Assembly (NCBI GenBank): GCA_964622505.1
Contig: CAZUQJ010000002.1
Location: forward strand, 71,905-135,904
Direction: 5' to 3'
Source of the DNA: an uncultured Candidatus Saccharibacteria bacterium
GTDB taxonomy: Bacteria > Patescibacteriota > Minisyncoccia > Phycocordibacterales > UBA9973
Length of the DNA stretch: 64,000 nt
Positions 29,138 to 39,361 of this stretch are shown one piece after another (positions within the stretch are counted from its first letter, which is position 1; the number at the start of each line of letters is the position of its first letter). The translations under genes were made by a program, and so were the position numbers. The notes under the pieces were generated by a model. It ran no database searches. It worked only from the letters and a program-made list of their open reading frames with translations, and was not told where the DNA came from.

Positions 29138-29932
29138 ATGAAAATAATTTCTTGGAATACAAATGGGTTGCGGGCGACTGTTAAGCAAGGTAATTTTGAT
29201 CCGCTTTTTACTAAGCACAAAATGGATATTCTTTGCTTGCAAGAGACAAAATGCGAGGCTGTACAGCTCGATGAAGCCACTCGCAACAAGAAAGGCTACA
29301 CATCCTACTTCTCACACTCACTCGGGCGCAAGGGGTATAGTGGTGTGGCAATTTATACAAAAATAATTCCAGAGAAAGTGGAATACGGGATCGGCATCCC
29401 AGGGCTCGATGATGAAGGGCGCACAGTGGTAGCGTATTTTAAAAAGGGTGACTTCGGTATGAAGAATAAATTTATTTTAATCAATTGCTATTTCCCAAAC
29501 GGTGGCCAAGGCCCACACAGATTAAAATACAAGTTGGAATTCTACGAAGCCTTTTTGAAATTGATAGATAGGAAGAAGAAATTGGGCTACTCAATTATTT
29601 TCACCGGAGATGTAAACACTGCACACGAATCAGTGGATCTTGCTCGCCCGAAAGCAAATGAGGAGAACACAGGCTTCCTACCGATCGAACGCGCGTGGAT
29701 TACAAAAGTGATCGCACATGACTATATAGATACTTTCCGCCACCTCTATCCGAATGCAAAAGATATGTATAGTTACTGGGACCAAAAGACTGCATCTCGC
29801 GACAGGAATGTGGGCTGGAGGATAGATTACTTTTTCGTTTCCAAAGATTTAATCAAGAGTGTGGAGGAGTCCAAAATGCTCACAGATTACATGGGCTCGG
29901 ACCACTGCCCTATTGTGTTGGAGTTAAAATAA
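29138..29932 (+). CDS. xth: Exodeoxyribonuclease III
   Basis: SWNTNG, LQETK, GYSGVA, GDVNTAH, GWRIDY, GSDHCP. Confidence 0.95.
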   Translation: MKIISWNTNGLRATVKQGNFDPLFTKHKMDILCLQETKCEAVQLDEATRNKKGYTSYFSHSLGRKGYSGVAIYTKIIPEKVEYGIGIPGLDDEGRTVVAYFKKGDFGMKNKFILINCYFPNGGQGPHRLKYKLEFYEAFLKLIDRKKKLGYSIIFTGDVNTAHESVDLARPKANEENTGFLPIERAWITKVIAHDYIDTFRHLYPNAKDMYSYWDQKTASRDRNVGWRIDYFFVSKDLIKSVEESKMLTDYMGSDHCPIVLELK

Positions 29933-29954
29933 TAAATATGAGACAATAGAATAT

Positions 29955-31652
29955 ATGGAAACAAAGAACTGCCAGAATTGTAAAAAGGATTTCGTCATCG
30001 ACGAACGAGATGCGCTTTATTACAAGAAGATAAATGTCCCCCACCCTACTTGGTGCCCTGGGTGCCGGTTTGTCCGTAGGGAAGCAAAGATAAATGGCTT
30101 TACTGTTTTTTATCGTAATTGCGATCTGTGTGGCAAGCGTACCCTCTCAGCTTATCCACCATCACAGAAAATTACCGTATATTGCCAGCCGTGTTGGTGG
30201 GGTGACACTTGGGACGGCACAGAGTTTGCAATGGATTATGACTCAAGTCGTAATTTTCTCGAACAAGTAAAAGAACTCAGTGACAAAACTCCTTTTTGCG
30301 CACTCGAGACAACATATCTAACTCTCAAAGATTGTGAGTATTGCAATGCAATTGCTTATAGCAAAAATTGTATTCTGGCTAGCTGGTCCGATTATTGTGA
30401 AAATGTTTGCTACTCGGGATTTAATAATGGCGTCAAAGATACCTCCGACTGCTTGCGCATGCAGGATTCTGAGCTGTGTTATGAATCTATCGGGCAAAAT
30501 AAATCCTATCGCACTTTATATTCCGAAGAATGTGATTCCTGTACTGATGTAATGTTCTCTCGCAATTGCTATAGCTCGACAAATTGTATTGGTTGTGTAA
30601 ATTTACGCGGGGCGACATATATGATTTTCAATGTGAAATATTCAAAGGAAGAATATGCCGAGAAAGTAAAAGAGATGAAGCTTGATACTCGATCGGGGAT
30701 CAAAAAAGCAAAAGAAGAATCCGAGAAATTCTGGAAAACATTCCCCTACCGCGCATATAGTGGCAATACTTTCAACCTCAATACTACAGGCGAATATGTG
30801 TATGGTTCCAAAAATTCTAAAGAAATGTATATTTCAAACGGCGCCGAGGATTGCCGGAACTGCCAATTTGTCACAGTAGCGCCGGCGCGCGATTGTATGG
30901 ATTATTCAGGCTGGGGCAACAATGCGCAACTAATTTATGAATCGGCAAATATTGGTGACAATGTGAGTAATGTAAAATTTTCTTGTTACTGCTTTCCTGA
31001 TGTATTAAACACTGAATATAGTATGTGGGTGATTGCGGGTAAAAATAATTTCGGCTGCGTGAATCTCAAGCGCAAGCAATACGCGATACTTAACAAAGTT
31101 TACGATCAAAGTACTTACGAGAAATTGAAGGAGCAAATAATAGAGAGTATGAAAAACGATCCTTATATAGATAAACTGGGCAGAGTGTATACTTATGGTG
31201 AATTTTTTCCACCAGAATTTGGTAAGTTCCCGTACAACGCATCGAATGTAAGCAAATTTATCCCAAAGACAAAAGAGCAAGCCGAGAGTGAGGGATATTT
31301 CTGGCACGAAGAGCCCGAGACTGTTGTCGAATCTACAATTGATGGCAACAATTTACCCGAGACATTGGCTGAAAGTGGGGATGCAATTTTAAACGAAGTT
31401 ATAGCTTGTACAACTTGCCCAAAGAAATACAAAATAATTCAACTCGAATATAGCATCTTGCAAAGATTAAACATTCCAATCCCAGACCAATGCTCAAAAT
31501 GCCGAGAAAAAAATCGCTTTGCAAAAATTAACCCACCTATATTCTACGAGCGTAATTGCGCGAAATGCAATGAAATTGTCACCACCGCCTATACTCCCGA
31601 AAGACCCGAAGTAATCTATTGCGAAAAATGCTACCAAGGAGAATTTGTTTAA
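29955..31652 (+). CDS. Cys-rich multi-zinc-ribbon protein (paralog 2)
   Basis: CQNC...PTWCPGCR ... IYCEKCYQGEF. Confidence 0.85.
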   Translation: METKNCQNCKKDFVIDERDALYYKKINVPHPTWCPGCRFVRREAKINGFTVFYRNCDLCGKRTLSAYPPSQKITVYCQPCWWGDTWDGTEFAMDYDSSRNFLEQVKELSDKTPFCALETTYLTLKDCEYCNAIAYSKNCILASWSDYCENVCYSGFNNGVKDTSDCLRMQDSELCYESIGQNKSYRTLYSEECDSCTDVMFSRNCYSSTNCIGCVNLRGATYMIFNVKYSKEEYAEKVKEMKLDTRSGIKKAKEESEKFWKTFPYRAYSGNTFNLNTTGEYVYGSKNSKEMYISNGAEDCRNCQFVTVAPARDCMDYSGWGNNAQLIYESANIGDNVSNVKFSCYCFPDVLNTEYSMWVIAGKNNFGCVNLKRKQYAILNKVYDQSTYEKLKEQIIESMKNDPYIDKLGRVYTYGEFFPPEFGKFPYNASNVSKFIPKTKEQAESEGYFWHEEPETVVESTIDGNNLPETLAESGDAILNEVIACTTCPKKYKIIQLEYSILQRLNIPIPDQCSKCREKNRFAKINPPIFYERNCAKCNEIVTTAYTPERPEVIYCEKCYQGEFV

Positions 31653-31712
31653 CAAAAGCCCAAAGCAATGCTTTGGGCTTTTGTTATGTATTTGCTATGT
31701 TATACTTTTTGT

Positions 31713-33494
31713 ATGGAAAATAAAACATGTCAGAATTGTAAACAAAACTTTAATATAGAGGTTGATGATGTGTCTTTTTATACACGGATGAATGTGCCCT
31801 ATCCTACCTTTTGCCCTATGTGTCGTGCGCAGCGACGTTTGGCTTTCCGCAATGAGCGTGGACTATATAAGCGCAAGAGTGATTATAGTGGTAAAGAAAT
31901 TTTCTCTATGTATTCCAATGAATCACCAGTCAAAGTTTACGAGCGTGATGTGTGGCTATCGGATGTGTGGGACCCGACAGAGTACGGGCGCGACATTGAC
32001 TGGTCCAGACCGTTTCTCTCCCAACTTTATGAGCTTATGCTTGAGGTGCCATTCAAGGCCAACAATCTTGTCCATGGAGTTGATAGTGAATACTCCAACA
32101 ATGCCACAGACCCAAAGAATTGCTATCTCGTATTCAATGCCACCAATCCCGAAGACTGCATGTACTCCAATGGCGTCAATTTCTCTCGCGATTGTGTAGA
32201 TTGCTCACATATTTCAAAAACAGAATCAAGCTACGGTAGCTTTTGGCTAGGTTCCTGTTACCGCACTCATTACTCATCTCAATGTGTAGATTCGAGTGAT
32301 TTGTATTTTTGTCGAGATTGCCAAGGATGCCTCAATTGTTTCGGCTCAGTAAATTTGCGTAACAAGAGCTACTGCTTCTTCAACGAGCAGATGACAAAAG
32401 AGGAATATAATAAAAGAGTTGAGGAGTATAAATTACACACTCACGAGGGTGTCGAGAGGGCGACAAAAGATAGCAAAGAATTTTGGAATAAATTCCCAAA
32501 CAAAAATCACCAAGGGATAAAAAATTATTTTTGTGATGGATCGTATGTTAGCAATTCCAAAAATGTCCATGGATCATTCCTAGTTCGTGAATCCGAAAAT
32601 ATAAAATATAGTCAGTATTTACAAGAGACTCCAGGATGTAAAGATTGCTACGACTATAGTATTTGGGGTGATGGCGCCGAGCTTGTGTACGAGGCTGTGT
32701 CTTGTGGAAGCGGTATACAAAATGTAAAGTTCGCATTACTTACACAGGAGAATGTACACGATACAGAATATACTATCAATTGTACAAACGGATCACAAAA
32801 TTTATTTGGCTGTGTGGGCTTGCGCAAATATGAATACTGCATACTCAATAAACAATATACAAAAGAGGAATATGAAATTTTGGTAGATAAAATAAAAAAG
32901 CACATGGAAGAAATGCCATATGTAGATAAAGAGGGCCGCGTATATAAATACGGCGAATATTATCCTATCGAGATGAGTCCGTGGGCTTACAACGAAACTC
33001 TAGCTCACGAATACTTCCCTCTAAAGAAGGATCAGGCTCTAGAACAAGGATACCGTTGGCGTGATCAAGATGCAAAAGCGTACGTACCAACAATGTTAGT
33101 GGAGAATATTCCGGCAGATATTCATGAAGTACCAGAAACGATAACTTCCGAGATTATAGAATGTGCACACAAGAGCGCTTGCAATCATAATTGCACAAAA
33201 GCATTCAGGGTTACCATAGACGAGCTTTCGTTTTATCGAAAAGTTGGGATACCACTGCCCACTCTGTGCCCTGCCTGCCGTACCATGGAGCGACTCAATT
33301 TCCGACTGCCGATCAAATTGTATGACCGTACTTGTATGTGTGCTGGCGCTAGTGATATCACTGGCCAATACCAAAATGTAGGAACTCATGCTCATGCCGG
33401 ATCACTTTGTGAGGAAACATTCAAAACAGGCTTTTCCCCAGATGGAGATGCGATAGTCTATTGCGAGAAATGCTACCAGCAAGAAGTGATTTAA
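31713..33494 (+). CDS. Cys-rich multi-zinc-ribbon protein (paralog 3)
   Basis: CQNC...PTFCPMCR ... VYCEKCYQQEV. Confidence 0.85.
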   Translation: MENKTCQNCKQNFNIEVDDVSFYTRMNVPYPTFCPMCRAQRRLAFRNERGLYKRKSDYSGKEIFSMYSNESPVKVYERDVWLSDVWDPTEYGRDIDWSRPFLSQLYELMLEVPFKANNLVHGVDSEYSNNATDPKNCYLVFNATNPEDCMYSNGVNFSRDCVDCSHISKTESSYGSFWLGSCYRTHYSSQCVDSSDLYFCRDCQGCLNCFGSVNLRNKSYCFFNEQMTKEEYNKRVEEYKLHTHEGVERATKDSKEFWNKFPNKNHQGIKNYFCDGSYVSNSKNVHGSFLVRESENIKYSQYLQETPGCKDCYDYSIWGDGAELVYEAVSCGSGIQNVKFALLTQENVHDTEYTINCTNGSQNLFGCVGLRKYEYCILNKQYTKEEYEILVDKIKKHMEEMPYVDKEGRVYKYGEYYPIEMSPWAYNETLAHEYFPLKKDQALEQGYRWRDQDAKAYVPTMLVENIPADIHEVPETITSEIIECAHKSACNHNCTKAFRVTIDELSFYRKVGIPLPTLCPACRTMERLNFRLPIKLYDRTCMCAGASDITGQYQNVGTHAHAGSLCEETFKTGFSPDGDAIVYCEKCYQQEVI

Positions 33495-33561
33495 AATAAC
33501 TTGCAAAAGTGGTTTTGTATGTTATAATGTAGAAAAATTTCACACCCTAATAATTATACAT

Positions 33562-33780
33562 ATGTTAAAACAGTTATTTGTTTTCTTTACTATCATGGGA
33601 ATAATATTCCTTTGGGCATGGGCTAATGCTCCTCTAAAAAATGCTTTGTTTCTAACTCTCGTTCTTATTGTGGTTTTTGCGTTGTATTTAATTTCTAACA
33701 ATGCAAAAATTGGTCCTAAGGGGTTTTATGTGCCCGACGAAAATGAAAATGAAAATGAAAAGGAGATTCCTTTTAATTAA
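33562..33780 (+). CDS. Small protein with two TM helices (solo gene)
   Basis: Own TTGCAA/TATAAT promoter at 33501-33528 and a downstream terminator. Confidence 0.6.
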   Translation: MLKQLFVFFTIMGIIFLWAWANAPLKNALFLTLVLIVVFALYLISNNAKIGPKGFYVPDENENENEKEIPFN

Positions 33781-33908
33781 ATTTTTGCCAAAAAGACATT
33801 ATGTGCTATGAAAATGTAAGGTCGGTTCAGAAATGGACCGGCTTTTTTATTCCCCTACCAAATCTGATATAATAAATATATTAGTAAATAAACTTTTTTA
33901 AAAAACAT

Positions 33909-34499
33909 ATGAAAACAATTTTAATAATTCTGGCGGTTTTGGTTATTGGTTGCGGGGTGTGGTATGCGATACAAACAAAGCCTGACGCAAATATTCCTCA
34001 AGCACAAGTGAGTGATACAGTTGCAGATCAAAATGAAGAAAAAGAAGAAAACACAGCGCCGGTTTCAAAAACCCAAGTAGACAATGCAAATGTAAAAGTT
34101 GCCTTCAAAGGCTTTGGTCCAGGCAAGGTTCACGATGGATCATTTGGTAAAGTGACTTCTGATATGTACTTTGTGGGTGATGCGTTGGCAGGAAGTATCT
34201 CTATCGATGTGGCATCGCTTTCAACAGACACAGAGAAGCTAACTACCCACTTGAATTCAAAAGACTTTTTTGATACAGCAAAATTCAAAACAGCTAGCTT
34301 TAAAATCACTGGGTGGAACGCAGGCACAGTAACAGGCACAATGACTATCCGTGGTATTGCAAAGACTGTTAGCTTCCCTGTTGCAATGTCAGGAGACGTG
34401 TACACTGCCGACTTTACTCTCAACATGAAGGATTTTGGCATCAATCAAAAATTTGCCAATGAGGAAATTGAGCTTATAGTAACAGTCCCTGTAAAATAA
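33909..34499 (+). CDS. YceI-like lipid/polyisoprenoid-binding protein
   Basis: HDGSF, IDVASLST, HLNSKDFFD...F..ASF, GTMTIRGIAK. Confidence 0.85.
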   Translation: MKTILIILAVLVIGCGVWYAIQTKPDANIPQAQVSDTVADQNEEKEENTAPVSKTQVDNANVKVAFKGFGPGKVHDGSFGKVTSDMYFVGDALAGSISIDVASLSTDTEKLTTHLNSKDFFDTAKFKTASFKITGWNAGTVTGTMTIRGIAKTVSFPVAMSGDVYTADFTLNMKDFGINQKFANEEIELIVTVPVK

Positions 34500-34614
34500 G
34501 CTCAATAAGACTTCTATAAAATAGCCCGGAATTAGGGCTATTTTATTTTGTATTATAATATTTGACAAATTAGAAAAATAGTGTAGTATGAAGCAAACTT
34601 TAAAAACCTAAACA

Positions 34615-35997
34615 ATGCTAGCTTCCATCTCTGCTTCAGCCCTAGCTGAATTCAAAAAACCAAAAAGATTGATGTGTAGATTGTTCGATCATCTGTATCA
34701 TGATTTTCTACACTACTCTATTTACAAGGTCGTGTCTCCTGACAAAAGATCGCTCTACATTATTTTGGAAGTTATTCCTTATGATGATTTCCTCATTGAA
34801 GTGCTTTTTTACATAAGGCACATCACATCTAAAGAAGTTGCTTGTCGGATCACGCATGATAATGCGATAGAAATCTCGATCGGCAAAGACACAGATGAAA
34901 AGGAAATTGTTATTAAGAACGAATACTTTCAAGATTTTATGAAGCATTTTTCTGAAAAAGAGAAAAACGACTTTAAATCTCAAAACCCGGTAAAAACAGA
35001 GACCGCAACACCGGACAGTATAGTTGCATACTCATCAAATTCAAATTCTAAAAAATTTACAGTAATGACGAAACAAACAGTACACCCAACAACCTTGCCC
35101 GAACTTTTAAGTCGGCTAAACAATGATTTAAATTCAGAATTAAAACTTTATCTTGGAGAAGATTTTACAGCCCTTGATATTGATAAAAGTCCAGGGAATC
35201 GTATTTTTTTAAAAGCAAAAACGGTTGAAATACGAAAACAGGTAGAGTGCTATGATTGGACTTATTGTACAACCTCAAAACAGGAGAATGACCCGAATAC
35301 GAGAACCCTTTGGTTTTACCTGAAACCCGAGGAGCAAAAAACAAAAGGCTCTAAAGTGGAGATTTCACCAGAGAAAAAACACAGACTGGAAGCTCTGCAC
35401 GTAGTTGTTCTTAAGTTTGTTTTCGGTAAAAATTTCGTTTATCCATCCGATGTAAAAATTAATTTCACAGAAGGATATATTTCCTGCAATTGCAAAACCA
35501 AGGAAAAAGCCGATGAACTTAAAAAGTACTGCGATGAAGGTGATTTAGAGCATGTATTTATAACGAAAGATTCGTCCAAAGAACACCTTGTTTACATCAC
35601 CCATGTAGATAAAAGACCGGATGAAGTAATTGAAGTTACAAAAATTAAGCAGTATGCTCAATCCTTTTTATCTTTTGCGGATTCCTACACAGCTCAAAAG
35701 CTCGAACTTTTGAATGTTAAAAACCTTCTTCTGCTTCAAAAAAAGGAGATTGATGATTTGAAGCAAAAAAATGAAGGGCTTGAAAACTTGCTCAAAGCAG
35801 AAACGGAAGACAAAAATGCAAGATTGAGTAAGGAAGACATGTTACAAAAATTAGGGGAATCATTTAAAGCCCTTCAAGGTAAATATCCTTCGGTTCAAAT
35901 ATTCCGTCGGTACAAGAAGGATGATGGCACTGAGATTGGAGAAGAAATTAAAGAAAAAAGTTTCCTCGCCACACTCCATCTTTTGTTTGGAATTTGA
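34615..35997 (+). CDS. Hypothetical protein with a C-terminal coiled coil (solo gene)
   Basis: 460 aa ORF; TTGACA at 34562; terminator at about 36022-36052. Confidence 0.7.
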   Translation: MLASISASALAEFKKPKRLMCRLFDHLYHDFLHYSIYKVVSPDKRSLYIILEVIPYDDFLIEVLFYIRHITSKEVACRITHDNAIEISIGKDTDEKEIVIKNEYFQDFMKHFSEKEKNDFKSQNPVKTETATPDSIVAYSSNSNSKKFTVMTKQTVHPTTLPELLSRLNNDLNSELKLYLGEDFTALDIDKSPGNRIFLKAKTVEIRKQVECYDWTYCTTSKQENDPNTRTLWFYLKPEEQKTKGSKVEISPEKKHRLEALHVVVLKFVFGKNFVYPSDVKINFTEGYISCNCKTKEKADELKKYCDEGDLEHVFITKDSSKEHLVYITHVDKRPDEVIEVTKIKQYAQSFLSFADSYTAQKLELLNVKNLLLLQKKEIDDLKQKNEGLENLLKAETEDKNARLSKEDMLQKLGESFKALQGKYPSVQIFRRYKKDDGTEIGEEIKEKSFLATLHLLFGI

Positions 35998-36079
35998 TCT
36001 ATGGAATTTTCTATTATAAATGAGCCGATCCACAATTAGGATCGGCTTTTTTAATTCAAGCCCAAAGCAAGGCTTCGGG

Positions 36080-37588
36080 CTAAACTCCGTGTTTTTTATG
36101 TAATTTAGTAACTTCTTCCTCCTCTAACTCTTCTTTTTTCTCTTTGGCTTTGTCACCCAGAGCTTTCAAGTCAATGTCCGATAATTCTTCCAACTCCCCT
36201 ACTCTTTCTTTTAAGACCTCGATTTCATTTTTCTTTGGATCTTCCAAGACTTCTTCGAGCAAGGCATTTAGTATCCAGCCCATACGGGGGCCGGCTTTTA
36301 CTTTCATTTCATTCATCAAATAATTGCCATCAATTTTTAACTGCCCGACAGAGATCGGGTCACGTAAGCATTCCTCGATCATGGCATGGTACTTGCGCAA
36401 GCGGTATGGCGCTTCCTTTTTATTCATGCCTACCCTATCGCATTCACGAATCTGCATTAGTTCCCAGATATGCTCGGGGCCAACCTTTTGGATTATCCTA
36501 CGTACTGCTGAGAGTGTAATCATTTCTGTGTCGGAAAAGAACATGTGGTTGCGTACCATGGATACTACAAAATCGATTGATTTCTTTGGGAATTTGAGGC
36601 GCTCCATAATAGCTTTTGCCATACGCGCACCTATGACTTCGTGGCCATAGAAGGTGTAGGCTTTCTTTGTCCCTGGTCGGCGACTTCGTGGCTTGCCAAT
36701 GTCGTGGAAGAGTGCGGCCAATCGGATATCTGTCGAGTAGCCTTTGTCGGTGGCATTGCCGAGTGCGCCGAGTAAATGCTCGAACACATCGTAGATATGC
36801 GCCCCACCTTGCTCGCATCCAATTCCCTCTTCGAGCTCAGGAATAATATATTTGAGCAATCCAAGTTTTTGTAGCAATCCAATTCCCTGCGTGCCGTTCG
36901 GACTTTCAATAATTTTTGTAAATTCATCACGAATTCTTTCAGCGGAAATATTTTTTATTAATTCAGAGTTCTTTTCCACAGCTTGCATTGTCTCGTAATT
37001 TATTGCGAAACCAAGTTGTGTGGAAAACCGGATCGCTCGCAACATACGCAAAGCATCTTCTTGGAATCTTTCATTTGCATCCCCCACTGCCCGAACAACT
37101 TTGTCCTTTATGTCTTGTTGTCCTTTATAAAGGTCTAAAAGTTGTCCTTTAGAGCTAAAAGCCATGGCGTTTATAGTGAAATCTCGTCTTTGAAGGTCAT
37201 CTTCTATGTGTTTACTAAATAAAACCTCGTCTGGGTGCCTATTATCGCTATATTGAGCCTCTGTACGGTACGGTGTAACCTCTGTAATCCAATACTCAGT
37301 TTCATGTGTAACGTCTTCGGATGTTTCCCGTGTAACCTTTGGTATGCAAACGCCTACTGTTCCAAAAGTGTTTTCATATATAGTCTTCTCAAACAAAGGA
37401 ATGATCTCTTCTGGAGTGGCATTTGTAGCGATATCCCAATCTTTCGGTCCGCCAGCCGGCGGATTTTCTAATAACATATCGCGAACACAGCCACCTACAA
37501 GAAAAGCCTCAAAACCAGCGTTTTCGAGAGTTGATGTTACATGTGTAACATATGAGGGTATTTTATTTTGATCTATGATTTGTTTCAT
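36080..37588 (-). CDS. cca: CCA tRNA nucleotidyltransferase with HD domain
   Basis: LVGGCVRD, DWDIAT, RRDFTINA, EDALRMLRAIRF, LFHDIGK. Confidence 0.92.
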   Translation of the reverse strand: MKQIIDQNKIPSYVTHVTSTLENAGFEAFLVGGCVRDMLLENPPAGGPKDWDIATNATPEEIIPLFEKTIYENTFGTVGVCIPKVTRETSEDVTHETEYWITEVTPYRTEAQYSDNRHPDEVLFSKHIEDDLQRRDFTINAMAFSSKGQLLDLYKGQQDIKDKVVRAVGDANERFQEDALRMLRAIRFSTQLGFAINYETMQAVEKNSELIKNISAERIRDEFTKIIESPNGTQGIGLLQKLGLLKYIIPELEEGIGCEQGGAHIYDVFEHLLGALGNATDKGYSTDIRLAALFHDIGKPRSRRPGTKKAYTFYGHEVIGARMAKAIMERLKFPKKSIDFVVSMVRNHMFFSDTEMITLSAVRRIIQKVGPEHIWELMQIRECDRVGMNKKEAPYRLRKYHAMIEECLRDPISVGQLKIDGNYLMNEMKVKAGPRMGWILNALLEEVLEDPKKNEIEVLKERVGELEELSDIDLKALGDKAKEKKEELEEEEVTKLHKKHGV

Positions 37589-37688
37589 CTGAAACGTTTT
37601 GTGGTCAGGAATAGTTTTTTGGTAAAAACTTTCCCGACCCGGGCTCGTGCCGCCGCACTCCGCCTTGCACCAATTACCCCGTAATTTG

Positions 37689-37760
37689 TGCACCCGTCAG
37701 GACTCGAACCTGAAACGACTGTTCCGAAGACAGTAATGATATCCATTTCACCACGGGTGC
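37689..37760 (-). tRNA. tRNA-Arg(TCG)
   Basis: Cloverleaf; anticodon loop CTTCGGA; GGTTCGAGTCC T-arm. Confidence 0.93.
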
Positions 37761-37897
37761 AAAATAATGGTTATTTGCGACCAATTCATTGTATACTAAA
37801 ACCTTAATTTAGTAAATAACATTATAAAATAAGGTTAATTTATCAAATTGCAATTTTTGTTTAAAATAGTTATAATCTATGAGTTATTTTGGCATTT

Positions 37898-37968
37898 GCG
37901 GGATTGGTTTAGTGGTAGAACACGTCCTTGCCAAGGATGAGACAGGAGTTCGATTCTCCTATCCCGCA
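37898..37968 (+). tRNA. tRNA-Gly(GCC)
   Basis: GCGGGAT acceptor stem; anticodon loop TTGCCAA. Confidence 0.94.
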
Positions 37969-38238
37969 CAAAATAAAAAATCCTCTGTCTTTAATCTGTC
38001 CGTTTATTTAAATAGAAAACTCTTTAAAATCAAGGAATATGTGGATAAGTATGTGTATTTAGGGTATAAGAGACACAACTTTCTTAAAGGCAATATGTCG
38101 GGCACACAAAGAAATTTACGTTTTAGGCTATGTAAAATAAGGTTATTTTATGAAAGACACATTAAAACAGACTTTTTATGTCTAATAAATAGCAAAACGT
38201 TTCACGTGACACATATTTAAGTGTTACACATGTAACAA

Positions 38239-38655
38239 ATGAAGAATTTTACTTCAAAAAGTCAAAAAATAGGGGAATTGGGTGAGGATGTTGCTTGCAA
38301 ATACCTTGAAAAACATGGTTTTGCTGTGTTGGAGCGTAATTATACAAAGAAATGGGGTGAAATAGATATTATTGCCAACAAAGAAGGGAAGTTGTATTTC
38401 ATAGAGGTTAAGTCTGTTTCTCGAGACCTAGATCATTTGAATTCAGCAGTAGAGAATGTTACACGTGGAACATTCCGGCCCGAAGAAAACATGCATCCTT
38501 GGAAAATGAAGCGCTTGGCTCGAACTGTAAGTACTTACTTGATACACAAAAGGATAGGGAACACACCGTGGCAATTCGACTTACTGGTTGTTTGTATCGA
38601 TATGAGTAAGAGGCTTGCCCGAGTAAAGGTTGTAGAGAATGTTATTTTAGGTTAA
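38239..38655 (+). CDS. yraN: YraN (UPF0102) family endonuclease-like protein
   Basis: GELGE..A..YL, ERNY, GEIDII, FIEVK. Confidence 0.88.
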   Translation: MKNFTSKSQKIGELGEDVACKYLEKHGFAVLERNYTKKWGEIDIIANKEGKLYFIEVKSVSRDLDHLNSAVENVTRGTFRPEENMHPWKMKRLARTVSTYLIHKRIGNTPWQFDLLVVCIDMSKRLARVKVVENVILG

Positions 38656-38676
38656 AAAATTTGGTATAATAAAAAT

Positions 38677-39198
38677 ATGAATACTAATAATCAAAAAGGT
38701 ATAATAAAAAGTCTAGTTATTATTTTAGTGTTTGCTGTTGTTGTGTTTGTGTATGTACTCTATTTACAAGGTCAAGTAAAAAATGTGCGAGACGAAAGGA
38801 TTGTATTGGATAAAGATTTCACAAAGCAACTGCTATCTAACTGTGGTTTGACTATACAGCATCCAGTGAAAGATCAAAAAATAAGTACAACTACTGGTAT
38901 TGATATCTGGGCAGTGTTGGACAATACCAAGCGCGAAGCTCTTGGTTGCTCGTGGGTAGCCTTTGAGGCGCAAACTGGGGTAGTGTATGTAAAAGATGCT
39001 GACGGTAAAGATATTGCAACGCCTGCACCACTTACCACTATCGAAGAGTGGATGACAGAAAAAGCAGTAAATTATTCTACTCATGTTTCAATTTTGAACA
39101 ATTATACGGGTCCTGCGACGATAACAATCGAAGAAGAGAATCCGTCAGGGGAGAGACCTTCAAAAGTAATTTCTATCCCTATAATTATTGTTGAATAA
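38677..39198 (+). CDS. Membrane-anchored Ig-like (Gmad2-like) protein
   Basis: N-terminal TM helix; W.AFEAQ.G, EWMT, ENPSG motifs. Confidence 0.65.
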   Translation: MNTNNQKGIIKSLVIILVFAVVVFVYVLYLQGQVKNVRDERIVLDKDFTKQLLSNCGLTIQHPVKDQKISTTTGIDIWAVLDNTKREALGCSWVAFEAQTGVVYVKDADGKDIATPAPLTTIEEWMTEKAVNYSTHVSILNNYTGPATITIEEENPSGERPSKVISIPIIIVE

Positions 39199-39290
39199 AA
39201 TAAAAACCCTTTTTTTATCTCCTAGCTCGAGAGTTGGGTGGCGATTGTTTTTTGCGTAAAATATGCTAATATAAAAGGATTGTTACGTTT

Positions 39291-39361
39291 CGGGGTGTAG
39301 TACACCGGTAGTATACGCGGTTTGGGACCGTGAGAACAGGGTTCAATTCCCTGCACCCCGA
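39291..39361 (+). tRNA. tRNA-Pro(TGG)
   Basis: CGGGGTG acceptor stem; anticodon loop TTTGGGA. Confidence 0.93.

Larger units (their letters stand above)
37298..38472. promoter_or_regulatory. Cluster of six parS-like 16-mers
   Basis: Sites at 37298, 37322, 37535, 38198, 38222 and 38457, each within a few mismatches of TGTTTCACGTGAAACA. Confidence 0.75.

Noticed and set aside
31655-36081. AGCCCAAAGCAA(T/G)GCTT(T/C)GGGCT hairpin at about 31657 and about 36059
   Set aside because: Two short terminator-like copies, too few to call a family here.
37969-38238. oriC
   Set aside because: Only one DnaA box and no dnaA or dnaN nearby; the parS-like sites suggest proximity at most.
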